DNA of 64,000 nucleotides, from contig CAIYPG010000154.1 of NCBI GenBank assembly GCA_903928055.1, positions 5,774 to 69,773 on the forward strand. Reading direction: 5' to 3'. The position numbers were made by a program, and so were the translations under genes. Shown here piece by piece: positions 46,142-55,504 of the stretch. This DNA is from an uncultured beta proteobacterium (lineage in GTDB: Bacteria > Pseudomonadota > Gammaproteobacteria > Burkholderiales > SG8-39). Every line of letters begins with the position of its first letter. Positions within the stretch are counted from its first letter, which is position 1. The notes under the pieces are model-generated. The model was not told the origin of the DNA, searched no databases, and saw only the letters and a list, made by a program, of their open reading frames with translations.

Positions 46142-48403
46142 TCAGGCTGCCGAGTGGCCCTTGACGCCTTCCACGACGATCACCCGTTCGCGGATCAGGC
46201 GTTCCAGCTCACCGCGCATTCCGATCTCCTCGAGGATTTCCGCGGCATCCGTTCCCGGCCGTGGTGAAGGCCGGCCCAGTTGCACCGGCGTGCGCGACAG
46301 CTTTGCGCTCGGGCCGATCGTGGTCACCGCACCGTGGTCCTGATGGAAGCGCGTCACGCTCAGGCCGTGCGCCAGCACCAGCGGATCGATCATGAGGTCG
46401 GGCACTTCCCTGACCACGCGCTGCGCGGCAATGCCGGCGCGCATCAGCCGCTTCACCCATTCATCGGCGGGCTTGCCGCGCAGTCGTTCTTCCAGAGCAC
46501 GTTCCAGCGTTTCGCCTTGCAGCTCAGCCAGGTCCGCGAGTTCGGCGCAGCCGCGCAGTGCATCCGCATTGGTGCAGATGAAGAGCCACGCATCGGCGGC
46601 TTCATAGGCGCGATACAGCGGACCGGTGCCGAGCACCTTCTGTCCGCGCGGCTCGTTCCACTGTTTGCCGGCATATTCCTGCAGGAACGCTGACTGCAGC
46701 ATGCTTGCGGTGTAGAGGAGTGCGTTGTCCACGTGCTGGCCTTCACCGGTACGCTGGCGATGCAGCAGCGCGAGCGCAATGCCATAGGCGCTCAGCACAC
46801 CGGTGCCGAAGTCGCAGGCGTTGAAGGGCGCCACCATCGGCCGGTCGCCGCCGAAGCGCCACTGGATGCCGGTCATTGCCTGGGCAATTACCTCCACGCC
46901 CGGCCAGCCCGCGTACGGTCCGGTCTGGCCATAGGCATTGATGGAGCAGTACACGATGTCCGGCCGGCGCGCGCGCACCTGCTCGTAGCCGATGCCGATT
47001 TTTTCCGCGGCACCCTTGCGCATGTTCTGCAGCACCACATCGGCGCCGTCGACGAGGCGCCAGAAGATGTCCATGCCTTCCTTCTGCTTCAGGTCGATCA
47101 GCAGCGTGCGTTTGCCCCGGTTCACGTCCGCATGCCAGTTCACCTGGCCGCGATGCGGACTGTCGATCTTGATCACGTCGGCGCCGAACTCGGCCAGCGT
47201 GCGTCCGCAGGTCGGGCCGGCGATGAACAGGCACAGGTCGAGCACGCGCACACCGGCCAGCGCACCGCGCAGGTCTTCGGTTCCAGTGGGCAATACGGCG
47301 GGCAATGCCTTCGGCTTCGTGTGGGTGGTCTTCAACTCATCGAGGATCTGCGCATGATCGGCATCGAGGCGGGGGCGCGGCGAGCGCACGCGGCCCGGCG
47401 ATTCCGACAGGCGCACGTTGATGCCGATGCCGCGAAAACGTCCCAGCTCCGGGTCGTCGAAGTCATCGACGATCTTCGTCGCTTCGGCCTGCGGGTGGTG
47501 CAGCCATTCGGCACTGGTGTAGCAGGCCATGCACTCGATGCCGAGTTTCAGCATCATCTGCTCCCATTCGCGGGCATCGCGTGTGGCAAGGAGCGGGGCG
47601 AGGCGCTGCGTCATCGCCTTGAGGGACAGTTTCTGTTCCTTCAGTTCGCCCAGGCCCACCTGATCAAGGAAGGCGCCGATGTTCTTGTCGGCCGGCGCAT
47701 ACATCAGCCAGCGGCCATCCTTGCACAGCGCATGGGGGCGACCCGTGGGGAGCGCGCGGAACTTCGGGCCATCCCAGATCTTCATGGCGCGATTGCTGAT
47801 GGCGTTGAATGTGGCGTTGAACAGCGGCACTTCGATCTGCTGGCCGCGCCCGTCGCGCCCGCGCGCATGCAGCGCGGCGGCGATGCTGGTCGCTGCGAGG
47901 AAGGCGCCGAAAGAGGAGGAGTGCGGGATTGCGGTATATAGCGGCCGGCCGCTCCACACCTCCGGATCGGGGTCCGGTGCAAAGCAGGCGGTGGCCGCGC
48001 CCAGCACGCCCTCCCAGGCCTGCAGGCCGCCGCGCGGATCGATGGCGGAGAAGCCGGGCAGGGCGCAGTACACCAGGCGCGGATTGCGCGCGGTCATCGC
48101 TTCGGCGCCCAGGCCCAGGCGCTGCATCACGCCGGGCCGGAAGTTTTCGACCAGCACATCCGCGGTGTCCACCAGCTTGAGCGCGATCTCCAGGTCGCCG
48201 GGGTTCTTCAGGTCGAGGACGATGCTGCGCTTGCCGCGGTTCCAGGTGGCGTTCGCTGGCGTGACATGGCGCGGACCTCCGGGCGGATCGATGCGGATGA
48301 CCTCGGCACCGTGGTCGGCGAGGAACATTGCAGTCAGCGGACCGGCAATGTACTGGCCGAAATCGAGAACGCGAACCCCGTGGAGGGCGCCGGGCCGGTT
48401 CAC
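46142..48403 (-). CDS. tandem-domain family III (CaiB/BaiF) CoA-transferase
   Basis: 753 aa from GTG 48403. Two complete family III units, each opening with G-VRVLD-x5-AGP (VRVLDFGQYIAGP and VRVLDLCLFIAGP). The track start 48517 would overlap the upstream Bug gene by 50 nt. Confidence 0.88.
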   Translation of the reverse strand: MNRPGALHGVRVLDFGQYIAGPLTAMFLADHGAEVIRIDPPGGPRHVTPANATWNRGKRSIVLDLKNPGDLEIALKLVDTADVLVENFRPGVMQRLGLGAEAMTARNPRLVYCALPGFSAIDPRGGLQAWEGVLGAATACFAPDPDPEVWSGRPLYTAIPHSSSFGAFLAATSIAAALHARGRDGRGQQIEVPLFNATFNAISNRAMKIWDGPKFRALPTGRPHALCKDGRWLMYAPADKNIGAFLDQVGLGELKEQKLSLKAMTQRLAPLLATRDAREWEQMMLKLGIECMACYTSAEWLHHPQAEATKIVDDFDDPELGRFRGIGINVRLSESPGRVRSPRPRLDADHAQILDELKTTHTKPKALPAVLPTGTEDLRGALAGVRVLDLCLFIAGPTCGRTLAEFGADVIKIDSPHRGQVNWHADVNRGKRTLLIDLKQKEGMDIFWRLVDGADVVLQNMRKGAAEKIGIGYEQVRARRPDIVYCSINAYGQTGPYAGWPGVEVIAQAMTGIQWRFGGDRPMVAPFNACDFGTGVLSAYGIALALLHRQRTGEGQHVDNALLYTASMLQSAFLQEYAGKQWNEPRGQKVLGTGPLYRAYEAADAWLFICTNADALRGCAELADLAELQGETLERALEERLRGKPADEWVKRLMRAGIAAQRVVREVPDLMIDPLVLAHGLSVTRFHQDHGAVTTIGPSAKLSRTPVQLGRPSPRPGTDAAEILEEIGMRGELERLIRERVIVVEGVKGHSAA

Positions 48404-48467
48404 CGGGATATCCCGGTGGCGATGAGTGAAGGGACGATGGACTGAGAGGGATTTCCGAGGTTGCTTT

Positions 48468-49448
48468 TCATTCTTCCTTGATTCCTGCTTCCTTGATGAG
48501 TTTGCCCATGCGGCCAATGTCGTTCCTGACCGCGGCGGCCAGATATTCGGGCGTGCTGCCCACGGCGTCGACGCCTGCCTTCTGGAAACTGTCCCGATGT
48601 TCGGGCGACTTGATGACGCGCACCATTTCCTGGTTGAGCCGGCTGATCACTGCTGCGGGCGTCTTCGCGGGCGCGAACACGCCGTAGATCTGCACCGCTT
48701 CATAGCCCGTCACCGTGGCGGCCACCGTCGGCAGGTCGGGAAACAGTTCGGAGGGCTGTTCGCTCGTCACGCCCAGGCCGCGCAGCTTGCCGGCGCGCAC
48801 CAGCGGTGCGGCCGACGCCGCCGAGGCGAACATCACCTGCACTTCACCGGACATCACGGCGGTCAGTGCGCCGCTGGTGCCCTTGTAGGGGATGCGCCGC
48901 ATGCTGATGCCGGCCATCGAATTGAACAGCTCCGCCGACAGGTGCGAGGTCGAGCCGAGGTTCGCCGAGGCGTAGTCGATTCGCGTACCAGCCTTCGCCA
49001 TGGCAACCAGTTCCTTCACGGTCCTGGCCGGCAACTGGGGATTGACGACCAGGATGTTGTTCGTGCGATGGGTCATGGTGACCGGTGCGAAATCCCTGAT
49101 CGGATCATAGCGCACCGATTCGAGCATCAGCGGGCCCAGCCAGATCGTGCTGCCATTGAGCAGGAGCGTGTAGCCGTCCGGCGGCGATTTCGCGACATAT
49201 TCGGAAACGATGCCGGCGCCGGGCCGGTTTTCCACGATGACCTGCCAGCCGGTGCCGGCAGCCAGTCCCTGCGCCAGGACGCGCGACATGAAGTCAGAGC
49301 CTCCGCCCGCCTCGGCGGTGGCGATGCGGATGACCTTGTTCGGAAAACTTGCAGGCAGGGCCTGCCCCTGTGATGCGGTTGGCCATAAAAACAGTGCATA
49401 GGCGAGCAATGGGCATGCAAGCAGCGCAGATCCCGGATTTGAACGCAT
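48468..49448 (-). CDS. Bug/TctC-family substrate-binding protein (paralogue 13)
   Basis: 326 aa from MRSNPGSALLACPL... (CAGGAGG RBS). ...SFPNKVIRIATAEAGGGSDF...RIPYKGT.... Confidence 0.9.
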   Translation of the reverse strand: MRSNPGSALLACPLLAYALFLWPTASQGQALPASFPNKVIRIATAEAGGGSDFMSRVLAQGLAAGTGWQVIVENRPGAGIVSEYVAKSPPDGYTLLLNGSTIWLGPLMLESVRYDPIRDFAPVTMTHRTNNILVVNPQLPARTVKELVAMAKAGTRIDYASANLGSTSHLSAELFNSMAGISMRRIPYKGTSGALTAVMSGEVQVMFASAASAAPLVRAGKLRGLGVTSEQPSELFPDLPTVAATVTGYEAVQIYGVFAPAKTPAAVISRLNQEMVRVIKSPEHRDSFQKAGVDAVGSTPEYLAAAVRNDIGRMGKLIKEAGIKEE

Positions 49449-49760
49449 GGTTGCCTCCTGTTGATCGACGGGCTGTCGGGGCGCGGCCGGAGCATCCGGA
49501 CGCGCAGGCCGGACGCGCTGATGTTGTGGCGGGGCGCTTCTCATGGCGCCATCATTCCCGCAAGGCTAGGTTGAAACCGCAGGGGAGTGAAATACTATTT
49601 ACTGATGCAGTCATCATTCAGAGTGATTGCCAGCTTGATTGCCTGCCCTGGCGCCGGATCGGATAAGATTCATGCCGGAATCCATCCGGCCGAAAAAAGG
49701 TGCGTACGAACACCTTCCGGCCGGGATGCCCGACACCAACCCATTCTGTGGACCGCACCC

Positions 49761-50636
49761 ATGACAGCCCCTTTGAACGCACCTTTGAACGCACACACGC
49801 CGAGCAGCCGTTTCATCGAGCGCAACTCCGTCAAGCTGCACCACCTCGACTGGGGCAACGAAGGCAGCCACCCCATCGTGCTGGTGCATGGCATCCGCCT
49901 CCACGCCCATGTGTGGAACCATTTCGGGCGCCGCTTCCGCGACCGCTACCATGTGATTGCGCTCGACCAGCGTGGCCATGGCGACAGCGGCTGGGGCCCG
50001 GGCGAGCATTACAACCCGGAGGAGTGCTACCAGGACCTGCGCCACGTCGTCGAGCAGCGCGGACTGAAGAAATTCACGCTGGTCGGCCATTCCATGGGTG
50101 GACGCGTGTCCATGCTGTATGCCTCGCGCCATCCGGAAACGCTGGAGCGCCTGGTGCTGGTGGACATCACGCCGGGGCGCCCGGCCGGCATGTCGCCGAC
50201 CGCGGACATGTCGCGCATCACCGAAACGCCGCCGCCCCAGGACTACGCTTCGCCCGAAGAGGCCGCCGAGTACCTGAAGAAGATCATGAAGCTCGCGCCG
50301 CCCGAAGGCATCGACGAGAGCGTGCGATTCGGCATGCGCAAGACCGACAACGGCCGTTACACCTGGAAGTACGATCCTGCGCTGTTCCGCCGTGCCCCGC
50401 CTGCGCCGATCAACATGTGGGACGTGGTGAAGACCATCCCGGTGCCGACGCTGCTGCAATACGGCAGCCACAGCAACGTGGTGACGCCGGAACTGGCGCA
50501 GCAGATGGGCGAGACCATGCCCGATTGCACGGTGGTGCGCGTGGAGCGCGCCGGACACGGCCTGTTCACCGACCAGCCCGAGACCTTTGCCGAGCATGTC
50601 GAGCGCTTCATTGCGGGGAAACAGCCGGCCCGCTGA
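49761..50636 (+). CDS. alpha/beta hydrolase
   Basis: 291 aa from MTAPLNAPLNAH.... ...KLHHLDWGN...VLVHGIRLHAHVWNHF...DQRGHGDSGW...GHSMGG.... Paralogous to 30604..31437. Confidence 0.88.
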   Translation: MTAPLNAPLNAHTPSSRFIERNSVKLHHLDWGNEGSHPIVLVHGIRLHAHVWNHFGRRFRDRYHVIALDQRGHGDSGWGPGEHYNPEECYQDLRHVVEQRGLKKFTLVGHSMGGRVSMLYASRHPETLERLVLVDITPGRPAGMSPTADMSRITETPPPQDYASPEEAAEYLKKIMKLAPPEGIDESVRFGMRKTDNGRYTWKYDPALFRRAPPAPINMWDVVKTIPVPTLLQYGSHSNVVTPELAQQMGETMPDCTVVRVERAGHGLFTDQPETFAEHVERFIAGKQPAR

Positions 50637-50660
50637 ACCTCCTCCGGTTGGGCAGGGCGT

Positions 50661-50691
50661 AAAAAAGGCCGCAGTTCTGCGGCCTTTTTTA
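50661..50691. terminator. bidirectional rho-independent terminator
   Basis: AAAAAAGGCCGCA-GTTC-TGCGGCCTTTTTT between the convergent hydrolase (+) and the Bug14 / selenoprotein operon (-). Confidence 0.85.
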
Positions 50692-50710
50692 CAACGGAAG
50701 TCCTGCCTGC

Positions 50711-51694
50711 CTAGTCGGTCTGCACGAAGTTGATGGCCTTGACCACCTTGGCCCAGCGCGCGACTTCAACTTTCATCGCCGCACCGAACTCCTCCGGCGT
50801 GCTGATCACCGGCTCCACGCCGGATTTGGCAAACGCATCCTTCACGTACTGGCTGGACAGTGATTTCGCCATTGCCTGGTTGATGCGGGTGATGTTCGCC
50901 GCAGGCGTCTTCGCGGGAGCAAGGACGGAGTTGCTCGCGGTAACCTCGAAGCCGGGGTACAGCGAATCCAGCGTCGGCAGGTCCGGCAGCGAACTGTTGC
51001 GCTTCATCGAGGCGACGGCAATGGGCTGGATCTTGCCGCCCTTTGTCAGCGGCAACACTGCGGCCATGGACACGAAGGTCATGGAAAGGTTGTTGCCCAT
51101 GATGTCGATCAGTGCCCCGGCGGCGCCCTTGTAGGGCACATGGACCATGTCGATGCCGGCCATGAGCTTGAGCATCTCCCCGCCCAGATGCAGCGATCCG
51201 CCGGCGCCGGTGGAGCCGAAACTCAGCTTGCCGGGATTCGCTTTGGCGTAGGTGACGAGGTCGGGCACATTGCGAAAGCCCAGTCTGGGATCGACGACCA
51301 GCACGATGGTGCTCTGCGAGACGGTGCCCACCGGCGTCAGGTCGCGCATCAGGTCAAAGGGCATCTTCGGGTTCGAGGACGGCATGATCATGATCGCAGC
51401 GCTGGTGATGAGCAGCGTGTAGCCGTCGGGCGCGGATTTGGCGACATGGTCGGAGCCGATCATGGTGCCCGCGCCACCCATGTTCTCGACGATGATGGGC
51501 TGGCCGATGAATTCGCCGAGTTTTTCAGCGAAGGGCCGCACCGTGAGGTCCACGGGGCCGCCGGGCGGGGAGAAGGGGATGATCAGGTGAATCGGCTTGG
51601 TCGGGAAGTTCTGTGCTGCGGCCGGGCCCGTGGCGAATGCTGCAAACAGTGCCGCCATCAATCCCATGCCCATCTTCAGCGTCGTGATTCGCAT
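50711..51694 (-). CDS. Bug/TctC-family substrate-binding protein (paralogue 14)
   Basis: 327 aa from MRITTLKMGMG... (GAGGAGAAG RBS). ...AAQNFPTKPIHLIIPFSPPGGPVDL...HVPYKGA.... Confidence 0.9.
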   Translation of the reverse strand: MRITTLKMGMGLMAALFAAFATGPAAAQNFPTKPIHLIIPFSPPGGPVDLTVRPFAEKLGEFIGQPIIVENMGGAGTMIGSDHVAKSAPDGYTLLITSAAIMIMPSSNPKMPFDLMRDLTPVGTVSQSTIVLVVDPRLGFRNVPDLVTYAKANPGKLSFGSTGAGGSLHLGGEMLKLMAGIDMVHVPYKGAAGALIDIMGNNLSMTFVSMAAVLPLTKGGKIQPIAVASMKRNSSLPDLPTLDSLYPGFEVTASNSVLAPAKTPAANITRINQAMAKSLSSQYVKDAFAKSGVEPVISTPEEFGAAMKVEVARWAKVVKAINFVQTD

Positions 51695-51744
51695 TGCTTC
51701 TCCTCGAAGGTTCGCAACTGGCTCGTGCGCGAGCGTGTTTTTCA

Positions 51745-52752
51745 CTAATCGGTGGCGACGAAGTTGATGGCCTTGACCACCTTGCCCCAGCGCGCGATTT
51801 CGTTGCGCACGTCGGCGGCGGCTTCCTCGGGCGTGGTGCTGAGTGCTTCCACGCCGGATTTTGCGAAGCGGTCCTTCAGGTCCTGCGTGCCCAGGGCCTT
51901 CGCCATGGCCTGGTTCAGGCGGGTGATGATGGGGCGCGGCGTTTTTGCCGGCGCGAGCACGGCATTGCCTGCGGTCACTTCGAAGCCCGGATAGAACGAA
52001 TCCATCGTGGGCACACCGGGCAGTGCTGCCGCGGGCTTCAGGCTTGCCACGGCGATGGCGCGCACCTTGCCCGAGGTGCTGAGCGGCAGCACGGCGGCCA
52101 TGGACACGAACATCATCGACACATGGCCGCCCATGATGTCGGTGAGCGCCGGGGCCGCGCCCTTGTAGGGGATGTGCGTGGTCTCGATGCCGGCCATGAG
52201 GTTCAGCATTTCACCACCCAGATGCAGCGAGCCGCCGGTGCCGGATGATCCGAAGGACAGCTTGCCCGGATTGGCCTTCGCATAGGCCACCAGTTCGGGG
52301 ACGGTGCGGAAGGGCAGCTTGGGGTCGGCCACCAGCACGATGGTGCTGCTCGACATCACGCTCACCGGCGCGAAGTCCTTGATGACATCGAACGGCAGCT
52401 TCGGATACGACGAGGGCACGATCATCACCGCCGCCGATGTGACCAGCAGCGTGTAGCCGTCGGGGGCGGCCTTGGCGACATGGTCGGTGCCGATGATGGT
52501 GCCGCCACCGCCCATGTTTTCCACCACCATGGGCTGGCCCAGCGTTTCAGTCATCTTCTCGGCGAACGGCCGCGCGATCAGGTCCACCGGGCCGCCGGCG
52601 GCGAATGGCACGATCAGGTGCAGCGGCCTCGCCGGAAAATTCTGCGCGCCGGCCGGCGCCGGGGCGAATGCTGCGAATAATGCAAGGTAACAAAGGGCCT
52701 TTAACAGCGGGGCTTTCAACTGCGGGGTCTTCAACATCAATCTGCTGCGCAT
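51745..52752 (-). CDS. Bug/TctC-family substrate-binding protein (paralogue 15)
   Basis: 335 aa. ...GAQNFPARPLHLIVPFAAGGPVDL.... About 70% identical by eye to paralogue 14. Confidence 0.9.
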   Translation of the reverse strand: MRSRLMLKTPQLKAPLLKALCYLALFAAFAPAPAGAQNFPARPLHLIVPFAAGGPVDLIARPFAEKMTETLGQPMVVENMGGGGTIIGTDHVAKAAPDGYTLLVTSAAVMIVPSSYPKLPFDVIKDFAPVSVMSSSTIVLVADPKLPFRTVPELVAYAKANPGKLSFGSSGTGGSLHLGGEMLNLMAGIETTHIPYKGAAPALTDIMGGHVSMMFVSMAAVLPLSTSGKVRAIAVASLKPAAALPGVPTMDSFYPGFEVTAGNAVLAPAKTPRPIITRLNQAMAKALGTQDLKDRFAKSGVEALSTTPEEAAADVRNEIARWGKVVKAINFVATD

Positions 52753-52797
52753 TGCGGCTGCTTTCCTGGTTGAACGTGGGCGGAGGAGGCGCTGCGC

Positions 52798-53736
52798 CTA
52801 AAGGGCGAGGATGCCGACTTCGTCCGAAATGTGCGAGGCGACCTGCGCGGCCTCACCTGCGGCGCTCACCAGGTCGCCGCCATAACCGGCGCGCAGCGCG
52901 CCGATGGCATAGAGCGTGGGTTCGCTGGAACGGAAGCCTTCGCCGGTCAGGACACGTCCCGCGGCATCGCGCTTGATCGAGGCGGGCAGGAAGGCGTTGT
53001 TCGGCTCGACGCCGACAAACGGGAACACGCCGGACACCGCCAGCTCGCTGGTCGCGCCATCCTTGCGGTTGCGCAGCGACAGGCTGGCCACGGCATTCTT
53101 GCCGGAGATCGCAGTGACTTCGGTGTTCCAGACGAACTTCACGTTGGTCTTGCCCACGGTGCGGTCGATGAAGGTGCGCCGCGCATGCATGTCGCCGCGA
53201 ACAATGACGTACACCGTGCGGCACATTTCGGTGAGCACAATGGCCTCCTGCATGGCGGCATCGCCACTGCCGATCACCGCAACGTCCTGGCCCTTGAAGA
53301 AACCGCCGTCGCAATGCGCGCACTGCGAGACGCCCATGCCGCGCAGGTCCTCCTCGCCGGGGACGCCCAGCGTCCTCAGGCGCGCGCCCGAGGCGGCGAC
53401 GATGCGCCTGCCGCGCAGCAGGCTCTTCTCGCCCGCCACGATCCACAGTTCGCCTTCCTTCTTCACGCTGGAGACGGACTCGTAGAACAGGCCCACGCCT
53501 TCGATGCCGATGCGCTCCACCAGCGACGAGGCCAGTTCCACGCCGGACACGGCGGCGGTGGACGGCCAGTCATCGAGTTCATTGATCGTGCTGACCTGCC
53601 CGCCGCAGGCCGGCTGGGCCTCGAGCAGTGCCACCGACAGGCCGCGCCGCGAGGCGTGCCAGGCTGCGGTGAGGCCGGCAATGCCGCCGCCGATGATGAT
53701 GACGTCCCAGATGTCGCGCCTGCGCCTAAGTGCCAT
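52798..53736 (-). CDS. thioredoxin-reductase-like FAD/NAD(P)-dependent disulfide oxidoreductase
   Basis: 312 aa. DVIIIGGGIAGLTAA (FAD GxGxxG), redox CAHCDG (compare TrxB CATCDG), VIGSGDAAMQEA (NADPH site). The start overlaps the upstream gene by 11 nt. Confidence 0.88.
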   Translation of the reverse strand: MALRRRRDIWDVIIIGGGIAGLTAAWHASRRGLSVALLEAQPACGGQVSTINELDDWPSTAAVSGVELASSLVERIGIEGVGLFYESVSSVKKEGELWIVAGEKSLLRGRRIVAASGARLRTLGVPGEEDLRGMGVSQCAHCDGGFFKGQDVAVIGSGDAAMQEAIVLTEMCRTVYVIVRGDMHARRTFIDRTVGKTNVKFVWNTEVTAISGKNAVASLSLRNRKDGATSELAVSGVFPFVGVEPNNAFLPASIKRDAAGRVLTGEGFRSSEPTLYAIGALRAGYGGDLVSAAGEAAQVASHISDEVGILAL

Positions 53737-55504
53737 TTTTGCGTTTTCCTTTTGCAGGAGGAGCCGTCTTCACGGCGGAAGCCGCGCGCAGTTCCTTCCA
53801 GTTTTTCGGGAGCTTGATCTCTTTGGCGGTCGGATAACCGAGCACGCCGTTGTGGGCGAAGATATAGCCGCTGTTGCGCCCCAGGTCGCCGGTGACGACG
53901 ATCATGTAGTCATCGGGCTGCCAGACGATGGGCACCATGCGGTTCGGATCGTCGGACTCGTGATACACCTTCGGCATGCGCCCGACGCTGACTTCGAACG
54001 CGAGGTTCCAGCTCGGCTTCTGCGTCCAGTCGCGCGACACGCGCTCCATGTGGTGGGCCGGCACGCGCGCCTGTTCCCACAGCTTCTGCTTGATGTCCTG
54101 CTTCGACCAGCCGGCCGCGGCAAAGAGCTCGGCGAGGATGGGCGACAGGAACATCAGCGGCCGCAGCGTGCCGCCGCATTCGGCGCCGACCGTGAACAGG
54201 AAGTGCCAGCTGTGCAGCTTCTGCATGGAGTCGGTGATGTAGGGCATCAGGTCCTCGGGCTTGGCGCCCGAGATCGACGAAATGTGGTTGCCGCCGGTGT
54301 AGCGCGAGACGGTGATCGTGTTCGTGCCGGCCTTGAAGCCGAAGTCCTCGCTGTTGGTCTTCCAGCCGATCTTGGCGCACACGTCCTCGTTTTCCGGAAC
54401 CACCACACGGAAGGTGTTGCCGAAGGTGGCCTTGTCGTTCTTGTGCGGCAGGAAGCCGGCGATGTTGCGCAGGTACAGGCGCCAGAAGCGTCCGATCGAG
54501 GTGTTGGCCTGGAAGCCGTCGCGCATCACCCCTTGCGTGTAGTTGAAGCCCAGTTCCTTGGTGATGGGCCCGTTCAGCAGGATCAGCGTCTCGCCGCCGG
54601 GCGTGTTGCCGCTGTGCTCGTTGCCGTAGTACGGATCGCACATGGCCTCGACCAGCGCCACCAGGATCGGCATGTACTCCGGGCGGCAGCCGGCCATCAC
54701 GCCGTTGACGGCAATGCTCCAGATCGTCGCGGCGCGCATGTCGGGCAGCAGGATGCCGAGGACCTCGTCGGGTTTGCGGTCGGTGTGGCGCAGGAAGGCA
54801 TCGATGCGCGCCTGCGTCGGCGGCATGATGGGCAGGCCGTCGGAGAGTTCGTGCCTGACGAAGTATTCGTTGATCTCGTCCAGCGTGCCGGTGGCGACGA
54901 TGTCACGCGCCGAGGGTTCGTCCTCGAGCGTGCCCTCGGCGGGCTTTTCCAGCAGCGCGTTGACGACGTTGTACTGCGTCACGCCGAGGATGTTTTCGCG
55001 GAGTTGTTCCTTGCTCTGCACGCCGGTATGGCCGGGCACCATGGCAATGCCGATGTTGGGCATGCCCTGTCCCTGCGAGGCGGCGGCAGCCAGCCCGAGA
55101 AAGCCTTCACAGACCAGCGTCGCGGTGGGGACGCCAGCTTCTTCACAGACTGCACTGGCCCGCAACACGGCGGGCGTACAGGACCCTCAGGCGCCCATGC
55201 CGCTGATCGCGGCGTCGACTCCCAGTTCCTTGAAGCGTTGCGGGATGGAGGCGAGGACTTCATGCTCCTCGTTGCCGTGGGTGGCGCCGAATTCCTTCCA
55301 GCTTATCCAATTGATGTCGGGGTAGCGTTCCTTCAGGCCCTCTTCCAGCAGCGCGAATACTTCGTCGCCGCGGAACACGTAGTCCCACAATTGCACGATG
55401 GTCTTGCCGCGCAGGGTTTCGAGGCGCTTGGCCAGCGGTTTCAGCTGGGTCTGGCGTGGGCTGCGCGGCCAGTAGGCCGAGAATTTCTCTTCGATGTCCG
55501 ACAT
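53726..55504 (-). CDS. predicted selenoprotein: UGSC-motif N-terminal domain fused to an uncharacterised ~400-aa domain (in-frame UGA at 55189..55187 read as Sec)
   Basis: Track ORFs 55187..55573(-) and 53726..55168(-) are in the same frame, separated only by TGA plus 6 sense codons. Read-through gives ...VDAAISGMGA-U-GSCTPAVLRASAVCEEAGVP.... Start ATG 55504 with a GGAGGA RBS. No SD before GTG 55168. SECIS-like hairpin follows directly. Confidence 0.7.
55150..55181 (-). promoter_or_regulatory. candidate bacterial SECIS element
   Basis: Minus strand, starting 5 nt after UGA: CUGUAC-GCCCG-[CCGUGUUG]-CGGGC-(CA)-GUGCAG. 11 pairs including one G-U, a 2-nt bulge, and an 8-nt G/U-containing apical loop. 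Confidence 0.55.

Noticed and set aside
55166-55168. GTG as an independent start for the downstream part of the selenoprotein gene (the two-gene interpretation)
   Set aside because: It has no Shine-Dalgarno sequence. It would discard the in-frame GSCTPA codons that complete a UxxC motif. The hairpin sits exactly where a SECIS element is expected. This remains the formal alternative if the genome lacks sel genes.
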